A stretch of DNA of 19,170 nucleotides from Deltaproteobacteria bacterium (GTDB taxonomy: Bacteria > Myxococcota_A > Polyangia > Polyangiales > Houyiibacteriaceae). Positions within the stretch are counted from its first letter, which is position 1. Each line of letters opens with the position of its first letter. Where the stretch lies: the NCBI GenBank assembly GCA_034670305.1, contig JAXMNT010000083.1:1-19170 (forward strand), written 5' to 3'. The translations under genes and the position numbers were made by a program. This document shows positions 1-11,476 of this stretch, piece after piece. Under the pieces are notes generated by a model. The model had not been told where the DNA came from. It did not search any database and saw only the letters and a program-made list of their open reading frames with translations.

Positions 1-126
1 AAAACTGAACGACCTCGACCCCGCCGCCTACCTCACCGAAGCCGTCCAAGCCGCCCGCCTCGGCGAAATCAAGCTCCCGCTCGGCTGACCCTCAGCCCGT
101 CAACACGGGGCGCCAAGAGGACTTAC
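1..126 (+). mobile_element. Right end of an IS66-family insertion sequence
   Basis: The sequence after the transposase stop ends ...GGGGCGCCAAGAGGACTTAC at 126. Its reverse complement starts GTAAG, the conserved IS66 terminus. The predicted 8-bp target duplication would be GCTGATTC (127-134); the left end is outside the window. Confidence 0.75.
2..88 (+). CDS. C-terminal fragment of an IS66-family transposase (TnpC); gene starts upstream of the window
   Basis: Frame 2 reads KLNDLDPAAYLTEAVQAARLGEIKLPLG*, matching the typical IS66 TnpC C-terminal motif (K-LN-x-x-D-P-x-x-Y-L). It is followed closely by an IS66-like end. Confidence 0.8.
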   Translation, partial: KLNDLDPAAYLTEAVQAARLGEIKLPLG

Positions 127-186
127 GCTGATTCTGCCGCTGCTGCTGCCGCTGCCTCTGTCACTGTCGCTGCTGCTGCCGCTGCT
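127..186. repeat. Degenerate hexamer tract (GCTGCC/GCTGCT/TCTGTC), about 10 units
   Basis: gctgat tctgcc gctgct gctgcc gctgcc tctgtc actgtc gctgct gctgcc gctgct. Confidence 0.8.
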
Positions 187-207
187 GCGACGCTGCGTCT
201 TCCCGGC

Positions 208-1740
208 CTACCCGTCGTTCAGCAGTGCCTGGGCGGCGTTGTGGCCGGCCGCGCCGATCACCGAACCGCCGGGGTGGCAGCCGGCGCTGCAGGCGAACAC
301 GCCCGGTACGCCGGTCTGGTAGGGCATGCGTTGGTCGAAGCCGAAGCGGTTGTCGACGTGGTGGATGTGGCCGCGGGTCAGGCCGAAGCGGGCTTCGAGT
401 TTGGGCGGCGTGAGGGGGAAGGTGTCGACGACGAGGTCGCTCGTGCCCGGAGCGAAGCGGTCGCAGATCGAGAGCAGGTGCTGAACGTAGTCGCTCTCCT
501 TCTCCGCCCAGGTGCCTTCGCTCAAGGTGTGCGGCACCCATTGCACGAAGAGCGCCGCGCTGTGCCGGCCGGCGGCGTCGGAGAGGCTCGGATCGACGGT
601 GGTGTGGATGTACCACTCCATGGTGGGGAACTCGGCCAAGCGGCCCTGCCGGACGTCTTCGAACGCGGCCTCGATCGACGCGATGACGTTCTCCTGCGGC
701 AAGATGTGGATGGTGCCCCGGTGCTGGCCGCGCTGCTCCGGCAAACAGGTGAAGGTCGGCAACTCCGACAAGCACAGGTTGAGCTTCATCGTGCTGCCGT
801 CGCTCGCGAGTCCTTCGAGGCGCTGATGCATCGACTTCGGCAACGCGTCTCCGAGCAGCGCCGGCAACTTGAACGGATCGGCACCGACCACCACCGCGGA
901 TGCCCGCAGCGCCCGACCGTCCTTCAACGTCACGCCGCGAGCGACGCCCTCTTCCACATCGATCGCGACGACTTCCGCATCGGTCTCGTAGGTCACGCCG
1001 GCGGCCCGTCCCGCCTCCGTCAACACCCGCACGACCGAACCCATGCCCCCTTCGACCACCATCCAGGTCCCATCGGCGCCGGGCAGTCGACACATGTTGT
1101 GCACGAGAAAGTTCATGCCGGTGCCCGGTGTGTTCCAACCCCCGAAGCTGCCGGTGAACCCATCGGTCACCGCGTACATCGCCATCAGCAGCTCGCTCTC
1201 GAAACCGAAGCGCGCGAGGTAGTCCCCGATGCTGCCCGTGCACAGATCGACGAACGCCGTGCGAAGCTCCGCCCGCACGAAACGCTCCGCGGTCTCCTCC
1301 ACCGAAAGCGGCGCTTGCAACCACGTCGGCCCCACGTCCTCCCGGAACGCATCGAGCTCTGCCTGGAGCCGCTGATCCGCGGCCCAGTCCTTCTCGCCGA
1401 AGAGCGAGAGCATCTGCGCTTTGGTCGCGTCGCGATCGGAACCAAAGAGCAAATGGCCTTCGCCCATCGTCGGCAAGAAGTAGTGCGGGTCCCGCCGCAG
1501 GAGCGGCAGCTCGATCTCCAGATGCTGCAGGAGCTCCGGCGGCATGAGCCCCACCAAGTACGCCCCCGTCGAACACTTCACGTCCGGCGCCTTCACGAAC
1601 GGCTGCTCCGTCCTTGTCGCACCCCCGAGCACCGACCGCGCCTCGAGCACATGCACCCGCCGCCCCGCGCGCGCGAGTTCGAGCGCACACACGAGCGCGT
1701 TGTGCCCCGCCCCCACCACCAACACATCCAGTCCCTGCAT
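208..1740 (-). CDS. FAD-dependent oxidoreductase, phytoene desaturase/PYROXD2-like family
   Basis: N-terminal Rossmann motif [15 protein letters not shown]...LEARSVLGG, internal GGMG, C-terminal [15 protein letters not shown]. Start placed at MQGLD (ATG 1740; alternative 1752). The longer ORF extension is translated repeat DNA. Confidence 0.9.
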   Translation of the reverse strand: MQGLDVLVVGAGHNALVCALELARAGRRVHVLEARSVLGGATRTEQPFVKAPDVKCSTGAYLVGLMPPELLQHLEIELPLLRRDPHYFLPTMGEGHLLFGSDRDATKAQMLSLFGEKDWAADQRLQAELDAFREDVGPTWLQAPLSVEETAERFVRAELRTAFVDLCTGSIGDYLARFGFESELLMAMYAVTDGFTGSFGGWNTPGTGMNFLVHNMCRLPGADGTWMVVEGGMGSVVRVLTEAGRAAGVTYETDAEVVAIDVEEGVARGVTLKDGRALRASAVVVGADPFKLPALLGDALPKSMHQRLEGLASDGSTMKLNLCLSELPTFTCLPEQRGQHRGTIHILPQENVIASIEAAFEDVRQGRLAEFPTMEWYIHTTVDPSLSDAAGRHSAALFVQWVPHTLSEGTWAEKESDYVQHLLSICDRFAPGTSDLVVDTFPLTPPKLEARFGLTRGHIHHVDNRFGFDQRMPYQTGVPGVFACSAGCHPGGSVIGAAGHNAAQALLNDG

Positions 1741-1809
1741 GCCCACGAACATACCTCGGGCCCGCGCTCCGCGCGCGCCCCTAGAACGCCAACCCGCCCC
1801 GGCGTTGGC

Positions 1810-1972
1810 GTCGGAGGTCGGCATCGGCGTCGACTTCGGCATCGGCATCGGCTTCAGCTTCGGCGTCGGCGTCGGCTTCGGCTTCGGCTTCGGCGTCGGA
1901 TTCGGCTTCGGCTTCGCCGTCGGCTTCGGATTCGGCTTCGGATTCGGCTTCGGCATCGGCTTCGGCTTCGCC
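1810..1972. repeat. Intergenic hexamer tract, consensus (T/A/G)TCGGC
   Basis: Continuous run of TTCGGC/ATCGGC/GTCGGC/TTCGGA units on the + strand. Confidence 0.95.
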
Positions 1973-1990
1973 TTCCGCGCCCGATTCGGT

Positions 1991-2482
1991 CTATTCCGCT
2001 TCCGCGTCCGCTTCCGCTTCCGCTTCCGCTTCCGCGTCCGCTTCCGCTTCCGCCCCGCCACCCCGCGCCCCCGCCCATGCCACCGCGCACCACCCCGACA
2101 CCAGCAGCACCCCGCCGATCGGCGTCACCGCGCCGAGGATCCGGATCTCGGTCAACGCCAACAGGTACAGCGTGCCGCTGAAGACCAATGCACCCAGCGC
2201 GAAACAGACGCCAGCCAACCGCACCGCGCGCACGTCGCGTGCCCCTGCGCGAGACGCCAGCCACGCGACGAACCCCAGCGCGAGCGCATGGGTCAACTGG
2301 TACTCGGACGCGGTGTGCCACCACTCGAGCCGAGTCACGCCCTCCGCCGAATTGCGCCAGTGCTTCAGTCCGTGCGCACCAAACGCGCCGAGCGCCACCG
2401 CACACGCCCCATGCAGGCCCGCCGCCACGATCCAGACGCGGCCCGGGAAGGCCCGCCGGCCCGATCCAAGCCGCGCCGTCAC
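1991..2482 (-). CDS. DUF423 (YgdD/TMEM256) family membrane protein with an (Ala-Glu/Asp)n tail
   Basis: Family motifs [27 protein letters not shown] and LGAVTPIGG. The GTG start overlaps the kinase stop (GTGA). Confidence 0.9.
   Translation of the reverse strand: MTARLGSGRRAFPGRVWIVAAGLHGACAVALGAFGAHGLKHWRNSAEGVTRLEWWHTASEYQLTHALALGFVAWLASRAGARDVRAVRLAGVCFALGALVFSGTLYLLALTEIRILGAVTPIGGVLLVSGWCAVAWAGARGGGAEAEADAEAEAEAEADAEAE
1994..2053. repeat. TTCCGC/GTCCGC hexamer tract inside the 3' end of the DUF423 gene
   Basis: About 10 units encoding [20 protein letters not shown] on the - strand. Confidence 0.9.
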
Positions 2483-5355
2483 TGCATGCGCGGGTGGCGC
2501 ATCACGACCCCGCCCGCGCCCGCGATGAACACGTCGCGCTCGGTGCGCAGGATCGTCTGCAGCTCGAAGTCGGTGTCGAGTTCGAACTCAGCCCAGGTGC
2601 CATCCTCGGCGCGCTCGTACGAGGCGCCGCGGCTGCCGAGCGCGATCAGCCGGCCGTTCGGTCCGAAGTCGAGCGCATGCAGGTTGGGCCCACCGTCGCG
2701 TTCGAGCGTGCACGCCCCGCCTTCGACTCGGTAGATGTGGCCGAGGTCGCCCGCGACCCACACGACGTCCGTCGACTCGAACGACACCGCGCGCAGGGTC
2801 GCCTCACCGCACCGCGCGCGCAGCGTCTGGCCTGCGAGCGCAACCGACACCACCGCGCCGCCATCGCCCACCGCGACCGCTTCAGACGGAGTGCCCGCGA
2901 TCGCCCAGAGCCCACCGACGTCGGGCAGCGTCGACACCGCGAGCGCGCCCGGCACGCCACGCAAGAACGCGCCATCGGTCCCAACCGCGACGATCGTGCC
3001 GCCGCCCGCGACCACGTCGCGCCATCCGTATTCGCGGGGCGCGCCCTCCACGGTCCGTGCCGCGTCCCACGTGATCTCCACCACCACCCCGTGGTCGCCG
3101 ACCGCGACCAACCGGTCCTCCGACAACATCGCGACCCCCGTGAGCGCGGCGTCGGTGGGCGACTCCGCGACGGTCAAGCGCTCGCCATTGAACCGCAGGA
3201 TGGCGCCGTACGCACCGACCGCCACCATGGCCCCGCCGAGCGGGTGCACGTCGAAGAGTGTGCCGGTGTGACCGGCGGTGAGGATGTGGAGGCGGCTCTG
3301 CTCGAGTTGCGCCAGCATGCCGCCGTCGCCGACGATCCAGGTCGGTGCGTCCTCGGCCCCACCGATGCCGCGCAGTCCACGTTCGCTGCCACTGTCGAAC
3401 CGGACGCTCCGGCCATTCGCGGAGACCATCAGGACGCCGCCCTTGTCGCCCGAGGCGACGGCGCGTCCGTTGTCGCAGGAGAGATCCGTCCAGTCTTCCC
3501 GTTCGGTGACGTTGATGCGCCGCCAGGTCCCCGCCGCTTCCGGGTCCCCATCGCGCTGGAGCACGACTCCGTCGTCGCCGACCGCGTACAGCGCGCCGGC
3601 ACACAGGGTGACTGCGCGCAGCGCCGGACCACTCGGCTCGCGGTCGACCGTGACCGTGGTTCCGTCGATCCGCAGCACGATGCCGCGCTGCCCCACCGCG
3701 TAGGTCCGCTCACCACGCGTCACATGCACGCCGTAGAGGTTCTCCTCGCGCCCGGTGGGAAGCGGCGAAGGACGGAGCCCTGGCAGACGCAACACCATGC
3801 CATCGTCGCCGACGGCGACGGCGTCGGTGGCACCGAGCGGCGCCACGTCGCGCAAGGTGGTCGTCACGCCGGTCTCGAGCTTCCGCGGCCCACTCTGCAG
3901 AAGGAGCAGCACCACGCCTTCGTCCCCCACCGCGATCGCCTGGGCGGGACCGATCCACGCCACCGCGCGCAGCTCGCTCTCGATGCCGGTGGCCCACTGG
4001 CTGAGCGCGCCACCATTCATGCGACCGGCCCGGCCTTCACGGCCGACCATCGCGACCAGGCCTGGTCCTCCCACGGCCACCGCGTTCCAGGTTGGCATCG
4101 CGCGGGGGAGCGGGTTGACCCAACGCCAGCCGAGTTCTGCGCCCACCGGGGTACGCATCGGCCGAATGACCGGATCGTCCGAGGTCGGAAGGGGTCGGGC
4201 GCGTTCTTCGAGCGGCTCGTTCGGTTCTTCCTGCCGGAGCGCCAACACCCCCGCGCCGATGCCGCCGGCGACCAAGAGCAGTACCGCGACCCACTTCCAC
4301 GCAGCCATGCCGCCTCCTTTCAAACTCTTCTCCGCGCCGCGTGCTTCTTCTTCGAGCGAAGGCACGAGCGGCTCGCCGGTGATCGGATCGATCGACAGTG
4401 CGGTCGGGGCGTCGGCCATCGAGTGCGACGAGAGCGCAGAGGCTCGGGTATCCGAAGTCCGCGGCGCTTTGCGCAACCCAGGTTCGACGTCGAGGTCGGC
4501 GAACGGCACGAGCGCCGCCTTCAGCTCCGCGCAGGTCTGAAAGCGCGCGTCAGGCGACTTGGCCAAGCACCGCTCGATCACCGCCTCGAGCGCGATGGGC
4601 ACATCGGAGCGGTACCGGGTGACCGGAGGCGGCGGTTCGGTGCAGATCTTCAGGACCAGCATCGGGTAGGAGTCGTCCTCGAACGGATGCTGCGCGGTGA
4701 GCAGCTTGAACGCGATGACGCCGAGCGCGTAGATATCCGCCCGCGGGTCGACGCCCTTCTTTCCCTGCGCCTGTTCGGGCGACATGTAGAACGGCGTACC
4801 GAGCGTGGTTCCGGTCCGGGTCATCAGGCTCGCGCCGTCGATCGCTTCCAAGAACTTGGAGACGCCGAAGTCGACGAGTTTCACCGGACCGGGAGCGCCA
4901 TCCACCTGCGTCAGGAACACGTTGTCGAGCTTCAGGTCGCGGTGGACCACGCCTTTGCCGTGGGCCGCGGTGAGCGCATCGCACACTTCCGAGAGCACGC
5001 CGACGAGACGCGCGACCGAGAACGGGCCACCGGACTTCAGCGCTTCCCCCGCGTCCTCGCCCTCGAGCAGCTCCATCGCGATCCACGCGTCGCCGTCTTC
5101 GCCTTCGCGGCCGAACTCGAGCACCTCGACGATGCCCGGATGCCCGATCTCGGTCGCGGCGAGCGCCTCTCGGCGGAAGCGGGTGATGACCTCGCGTTCG
5201 CCGGCCAGGTGCGCGTGCAGGATCTTGAGCGCGACCGGTTTGCCGGTCTCGGTGTCCGTGGCGCGAAAGACGGCGCCGAAACCGCCGCGGCCAAGGATCT
5301 CCTCGGCGTGGTAGCGGCCGCCGAAGGTTCTACCGATCCTGTCCTCCGTCGCCAT
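2479..5355 (-). CDS. Transmembrane Ser/Thr protein kinase with a large extracytoplasmic repeat domain (probable beta-propeller)
   Basis: Kinase motifs LGRGGFGAV, VALK, HRDLKLDN, DFG, GTPFYMSPEQ and DIYALG. TM segment WVAVLLLVAGGIGAGVLAL. Then many ~40-aa 'L..v......avG..G.vl' repeats. Alternative start at 5373. Confidence 0.92.
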   Translation of the reverse strand: MATEDRIGRTFGGRYHAEEILGRGGFGAVFRATDTETGKPVALKILHAHLAGEREVITRFRREALAATEIGHPGIVEVLEFGREGEDGDAWIAMELLEGEDAGEALKSGGPFSVARLVGVLSEVCDALTAAHGKGVVHRDLKLDNVFLTQVDGAPGPVKLVDFGVSKFLEAIDGASLMTRTGTTLGTPFYMSPEQAQGKKGVDPRADIYALGVIAFKLLTAQHPFEDDSYPMLVLKICTEPPPPVTRYRSDVPIALEAVIERCLAKSPDARFQTCAELKAALVPFADLDVEPGLRKAPRTSDTRASALSSHSMADAPTALSIDPITGEPLVPSLEEEARGAEKSLKGGGMAAWKWVAVLLLVAGGIGAGVLALRQEEPNEPLEERARPLPTSDDPVIRPMRTPVGAELGWRWVNPLPRAMPTWNAVAVGGPGLVAMVGREGRAGRMNGGALSQWATGIESELRAVAWIGPAQAIAVGDEGVVLLLLQSGPRKLETGVTTTLRDVAPLGATDAVAVGDDGMVLRLPGLRPSPLPTGREENLYGVHVTRGERTYAVGQRGIVLRIDGTTVTVDREPSGPALRAVTLCAGALYAVGDDGVVLQRDGDPEAAGTWRRINVTEREDWTDLSCDNGRAVASGDKGGVLMVSANGRSVRFDSGSERGLRGIGGAEDAPTWIVGDGGMLAQLEQSRLHILTAGHTGTLFDVHPLGGAMVAVGAYGAILRFNGERLTVAESPTDAALTGVAMLSEDRLVAVGDHGVVVEITWDAARTVEGAPREYGWRDVVAGGGTIVAVGTDGAFLRGVPGALAVSTLPDVGGLWAIAGTPSEAVAVGDGGAVVSVALAGQTLRARCGEATLRAVSFESTDVVWVAGDLGHIYRVEGGACTLERDGGPNLHALDFGPNGRLIALGSRGASYERAEDGTWAEFELDTDFELQTILRTERDVFIAGAGGVVMRHPRMQ

Positions 5356-5501
5356 GTCGGGACTAAAGCGCATCTCAAGAAGACACGCGAGTCGTTCCGC
5401 GGTGGGCGGGGCGATTCGTCGAGCCGCCTACCGGCATCCGGCCCACGCACGACGGTTCCGTGGCCCACCGTCCGCGGCGTGTGCGGTACCCTGCGCGCTG
5501 C

Positions 5502-7475
5502 ATGACCGATGTGCCCGAGGAGCCCGAGGAAGAGGCGTTTGCGGCCACCATGGTCCCCGATGCGCCGCCGCCACCGCTCGAGGAACTGAGCGGTCGCAAG
5601 GCCATGGATCCGATCGACGCCGCCTCGCTCCACCTCGAGTTCGGCGACCCGCTCCCCGAACCGCGGGTGAGTGAAGCGCTCGAGAAGCTCCTCTCCCGCG
5701 AGACCGAAGAGTCGTTCGGGGCCCACTGGAAACCCGGTCGGCGCATCGGCGCCGGCGGCATGGGGGAAGTGCACATCGCGCAGGACGTCCGGGTGGGACG
5801 CGAAGTCGCGATCAAGCGCCTCTTGCCCGGCGCGCACACCCAAGACGCCATGGAGCGGTTCATCCGCGAAGCGCGGGTGCAAGGACGGCTCGATCATCCC
5901 TCCGTCGTCCCGGTCCACGACCTCGGCCTCGACCCGAACGGTCAGCCCTACTTCGTGATGAAGCGGATCCACGGCATGACGCTCGGAGAGATCCTCCGCG
6001 GACTCTCGCAAGAAGAACCGGACGTCCGCGCGCGCTTCACCCGCCGCAAACTCCTGCTCGCGTTCCAGCGCGCGTTGCTGACGCTGGACTTCGCGCACCA
6101 GCGCGGCGTGCTTCACCGCGACCTCAAACCGAGCAACCTCATGCTCGGTGATTTCGGCGAGGTGTACGTGCTCGACTGGGGGCTCGCGAAAGTGGAAGGC
6201 GCGGACGACTCGATCCAGCGCCAGAGCGAGCTGCGCATGAGCGACGCCGGGACCAAGGAGGGGTCGATGATCGGCACGCCCGGGTACGCGCCACCCGAGC
6301 AGCTCCGGGGACAACTGGACGCGATCGGTCCGGCGAGCGACGTGTACGGCATGGGCGTGGTGCTGTACGAGCTCTTGGCGCTCCAGCGGATGTCCGGCGA
6401 CGCCGGCCCCGCCGAGCGCATGATGCGCACCATGTCCGGGGTGGATGCGCGTCCTTCCCGGGTGCGCCCCGACGTGCCCAAGGAGCTCGACGCGATCTGC
6501 GAGCGGGCGACCGCGCGCGACCCCGCAGACCGGTACCCGACAATGCGCGCGTTCCACGACGCGCTCGACGAGTTCCTCGGCACGGCGCGCGACCTCGAGA
6601 TCGTGGGCGAGATGGCGGACCGCCACGAAGCCCGCGCCGCTGACTTCGCCGCGGACGCAAACGACCCCGAACGCGCCCTCGGCGCGCGCGCCGATGCCCT
6701 GCGAGAAGTCGGCAAAGCGCTCGCGCTGCGCCCCAACAGCCCGGAGGCGCTCAAGGTCCTGATGGAGTTGCTCGACACCCGGCCGCCGGAAGTGCCAGCG
6801 GAGGTGGAACTCGAGCTGAACAAACAAAATGCCGAGCGCACCCGACGCGCATTGAAACTCGGCGCGGGCGCCTACGTGATGTGGCTTTTCATCGTGCCGC
6901 TCCTGCTCTGGATGGGGCTGCGGGACGTGGTGCCCATGTGGATCGGCTTCGTCGCGATCATGGGAGCGATCGCCGCCGCCTTCATCGGCGGTCGTCAGGA
7001 GAAGCCGAGCGCCGTCGTGCAGTTCGCGATGTTGATCTTGAGCACCGCCGCCATCGCGTGCAGCGCGCGTGCGTTCGGCGCGCTCGTGCTGGTGCCGCAG
7101 ATCGTGACCGCCAATACGTTCGCGTACGTGCTCACGGAATCGAGTCGAAGACGCATGTTCTTCGTCGCGATCTCGATCCTCGGCATGGTCGTGCCCTTCG
7201 CGCTCGAGGGCGCCGAGGTCTGGGCCCCGTCCTACATGTTCGAAAACGGCTCGCTGGTCGTGCTCCCCAACCTGGTCGAACTCCCCCCGGTCCCCACCCT
7301 CACCTGCCTCTGGCTCGTGAGTCTGTTGATCATCGTGGTGAGCACGTACTGGGCGGGCAAACTCCGCGACGAGCTCCGCGACGTCGAACGCGACGTCGCG
7401 CTGCAGCGCTGGCACCTCGCCCAGCTCTACGCCGACCCCGACACCATCGTCGGCCGCCCCAGCCAGCCCAAGTAG
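5502..7475 (+). CDS. Ser/Thr protein kinase with a C-terminal polytopic membrane domain (about 6 TM)
   Basis: Kinase motifs [34 protein letters not shown] and SDVYGMG, followed by a helical linker and about six hydrophobic segments. Start placed at ATG 5502 (MTDVPEE). Confidence 0.92.
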   Translation: MTDVPEEPEEEAFAATMVPDAPPPPLEELSGRKAMDPIDAASLHLEFGDPLPEPRVSEALEKLLSRETEESFGAHWKPGRRIGAGGMGEVHIAQDVRVGREVAIKRLLPGAHTQDAMERFIREARVQGRLDHPSVVPVHDLGLDPNGQPYFVMKRIHGMTLGEILRGLSQEEPDVRARFTRRKLLLAFQRALLTLDFAHQRGVLHRDLKPSNLMLGDFGEVYVLDWGLAKVEGADDSIQRQSELRMSDAGTKEGSMIGTPGYAPPEQLRGQLDAIGPASDVYGMGVVLYELLALQRMSGDAGPAERMMRTMSGVDARPSRVRPDVPKELDAICERATARDPADRYPTMRAFHDALDEFLGTARDLEIVGEMADRHEARAADFAADANDPERALGARADALREVGKALALRPNSPEALKVLMELLDTRPPEVPAEVELELNKQNAERTRRALKLGAGAYVMWLFIVPLLLWMGLRDVVPMWIGFVAIMGAIAAAFIGGRQEKPSAVVQFAMLILSTAAIACSARAFGALVLVPQIVTANTFAYVLTESSRRRMFFVAISILGMVVPFALEGAEVWAPSYMFENGSLVVLPNLVELPPVPTLTCLWLVSLLIIVVSTYWAGKLRDELRDVERDVALQRWHLAQLYADPDTIVGRPSQPK

Positions 7476-7480
7476 CGCAG

Positions 7481-7670
7481 CGGCTTCGGCTTCGGCATCG
7501 GCTTCGGCATCGGCTTCGGCATCGGCTTCGCCTTCGGCATCGGCTTCGGCATCGGCTTCGGATTCGGATTCGGAGTCGGCGTCGGCATCGGCGTCGGCAT
7601 CGGCTTCGGACTCGCCGTCGGCATCGGCTTCGGACTCGCCGTCGCCTTCGCCTTCGCCTTCGCCTTCGGC
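7481..7670. repeat. Intergenic NTCGGC hexamer tract between convergent genes
   Basis: TTCGGC/ATCGGC/GTCGGC/TTCGCC units, including a higher-order 24-bp duplication GGCATCGGCTTCGGACTCGCCGTC. Confidence 0.95.
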
Positions 7671-7681
7671 CCCACTCCCCC

Positions 7682-7723
7682 AGAAACGAAGAAGCCCCGC
7701 CGTCGCGAGACGGTGGGGCTTCT
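7682..7723 (-). terminator. Probable intrinsic terminator of sdhCAB, possibly bidirectional
   Basis: Hairpin AGAAGCCCCGCCGTC-GCGA-GACGGTGGGGCTTCT (7690-7723), followed on the - strand by a T-rich tail (TCGTTTCT), 25 bp after the sdhB stop. Confidence 0.75.
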
Positions 7724-7748
7724 CATCGCAACCAGGGGCGACCCGGTT

Positions 7749-8543
7749 TCAGTCCGCCTTCTTGCGCTCTTCGATGTCGTCGGGCGCGGTGGCCATCGCG
7801 CGCATCAGCTCTCGGTTCATCTGGGCGATGAAGTCGATGCTGATCGCCTTCGGACAGGCCTTCTCGCATTCGCCGTGGTTGGTGCAGGAGCCAAAGCCCT
7901 CCGCGTCCATCTGGCTGACCATGCGCCGGACCCGATCGGCGCGCTCGGCCTGGCCCTGGGGCAAGAGCGCGAGGTGGCCGATCTTGGCCGCGGTGAAGAG
8001 CGACGCCGAGGCGTTTGGACACGCAGCCACGCACGCGCCGCAGCCGATGCAGGCCGCCGCGTCCATCGCCTGGTCGGAGACGCCCTTCGGGATCGGTTGT
8101 TCGTTCGCGTCCCGGGCGGAGCCGGTGCGGATCGAGATGTAGCCGCCCGCTTCGATGATGCGGTCGAGGGACGCGCGGTCGACGACCAGGTCCTTCACGA
8201 TCGGGAACGCGGTGGCGCGCCACGGTTCGATCCAGATCTCGTCCATGCCCGCGTCGAAGATGTGGCGCATGTGGATCTGGCACGCGGTGGAGCGTTCTTT
8301 CGGTCCGTGGGCGTGGCCGTTGATGACCATCGAACACATGCCGCAGATGCCTTCGCGGCAGTCGTGGTCGAACGCGACCGGATCTTTGCCGTCCTCGATC
8401 AGGTCTTCGTTCAAGTCGTCGAGCATCTCGAGGAACGACATGTGTTCGCTGACGTCTTTGACGTCGTACTGGGCGAACTTGCCGCTGCCGTCCGGGCCGC
8501 TCTGCCGCCACACGTGGAGCCTGAGGTTCTTCGTTTTGGCCAT
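7749..8543 (-). CDS. sdhB: Succinate dehydrogenase/fumarate reductase iron-sulfur subunit
   Basis: CREGICGMC...C ([2Fe-2S]), [11 protein letters not shown] and [11 protein letters not shown] cluster motifs, plus [10 protein letters not shown]. Start MAKTKNL lies just after the sdhA stop. Confidence 0.96.
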   Translation of the reverse strand: MAKTKNLRLHVWRQSGPDGSGKFAQYDVKDVSEHMSFLEMLDDLNEDLIEDGKDPVAFDHDCREGICGMCSMVINGHAHGPKERSTACQIHMRHIFDAGMDEIWIEPWRATAFPIVKDLVVDRASLDRIIEAGGYISIRTGSARDANEQPIPKGVSDQAMDAAACIGCGACVAACPNASASLFTAAKIGHLALLPQGQAERADRVRRMVSQMDAEGFGSCTNHGECEKACPKAISIDFIAQMNRELMRAMATAPDDIEERKKAD

Positions 8544-8548
8544 GATTC

Positions 8549-10516
<1,968 letters not shown>

Positions 10517-10565
10517 CAGAGGTTCCTCGATGCGCAAATGGCGGAAGGCGTCTGGACCCGGCAGG

Positions 10566-11300
10566 TCACAGGAGCTCCGGGAAGTTGAAGGTCTGCGTGG
10601 TGGGCTCGAGGTACCCGGCCATCACCGCGATGGGGAGCGAGAGGAACCCGATCGTGAGCAAGGACGCCACCGCGATCGCCGCGTCCCGCCGGAGCGCGTT
10701 GTACTTGGGGTGGTTCGCGCCGATGGACTGGAACATCGACCAGATGCCGTGGAAGAGGTGCATGCCGAAGGACACGACGCCGAGCACGTACGGCACGACG
10801 ATCACCCAGTGCTGAAAGCCGTACACCATGTTGTTGTACGGGTTGCTCGCCTCCCAGGTGTAGCCCTCGATGCCGAACATCGCCGAGTCGCCGAAGATCT
10901 CGTGACCGAAGGTCAGGTGCGCGAGGTGGAACAGGATGTAGAAGAACAGGATCGGTCCGGTCCAGTACATCGTGCGCGCGGCGTAGTCGGTCGCGGTGAA
11001 CACCTGCTTGGCGTAGCGGGTCTTGCGCGCGCCCTTGTTGCGCTGCCACAGCTGGTACGCGGAGGCGAAGTGCACGACGAACGCCGCGAGCACCGCGATC
11101 CGGGTCGCCCAGAGGAGCATCGGCACCTGCCGCAGCCACTGCGCGTACTCGTTGAGCTCCTGCGCGCCGCTGAACGCTTTCAGGTTGCCCGAGAGATGCC
11201 CCAGGGTGAACCCGAGCATCACCACACCGGACACGGCCATGACGACCTTTTTTCCGATGGTGGTGGAGTAGAAGGTGAGCGCTCTCTGCATCGTCGCCAT
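10566..11300 (-). CDS. sdhC: Succinate dehydrogenase cytochrome b subunit (single b558-type anchor)
   Basis: [21 protein letters not shown], conserved His residues ([24 protein letters not shown]) and about 5 TM helices. First gene of sdhCAB. Alternative start at 11291. Confidence 0.94.
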   Translation of the reverse strand: MATMQRALTFYSTTIGKKVVMAVSGVVMLGFTLGHLSGNLKAFSGAQELNEYAQWLRQVPMLLWATRIAVLAAFVVHFASAYQLWQRNKGARKTRYAKQVFTATDYAARTMYWTGPILFFYILFHLAHLTFGHEIFGDSAMFGIEGYTWEASNPYNNMVYGFQHWVIVVPYVLGVVSFGMHLFHGIWSMFQSIGANHPKYNALRRDAAIAVASLLTIGFLSLPIAVMAGYLEPTTQTFNFPELL

Positions 11301-11476
11301 CCTGAGTCCCGTTTCTTCTTGCCGTCCCGTGCGCGATCCCGCCTGGAGACAGGGTCTTCTGGTTTGGTTCGGGTGATCCCCGCGAGGGGTCATCCGTGGG
11401 GCCGCAAGCTGCCCGCGACGTCCCACATTCTCTGGTGACTTTCAAGCTTCCGGCCCTTGGGCTCCGGAAACAAAGC

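Noticed and set aside
1753-2061. KR/KP-rich N-terminal extension of the 617-aa ORF 208..2061
   Set aside because: It is the translation of two hexamer tracts and overlaps the DUF423 gene in another frame. The family fold starts at [10 protein letters not shown].
7427-7726. Pro/Lys-rich ORFs over hexamer tracts (also 15421..15726, 17159..17398, 17053..17472)
   Set aside because: Stop-free translation is an automatic result of NTCGGC repeats, and register slips in two tracts argue against coding constraint.
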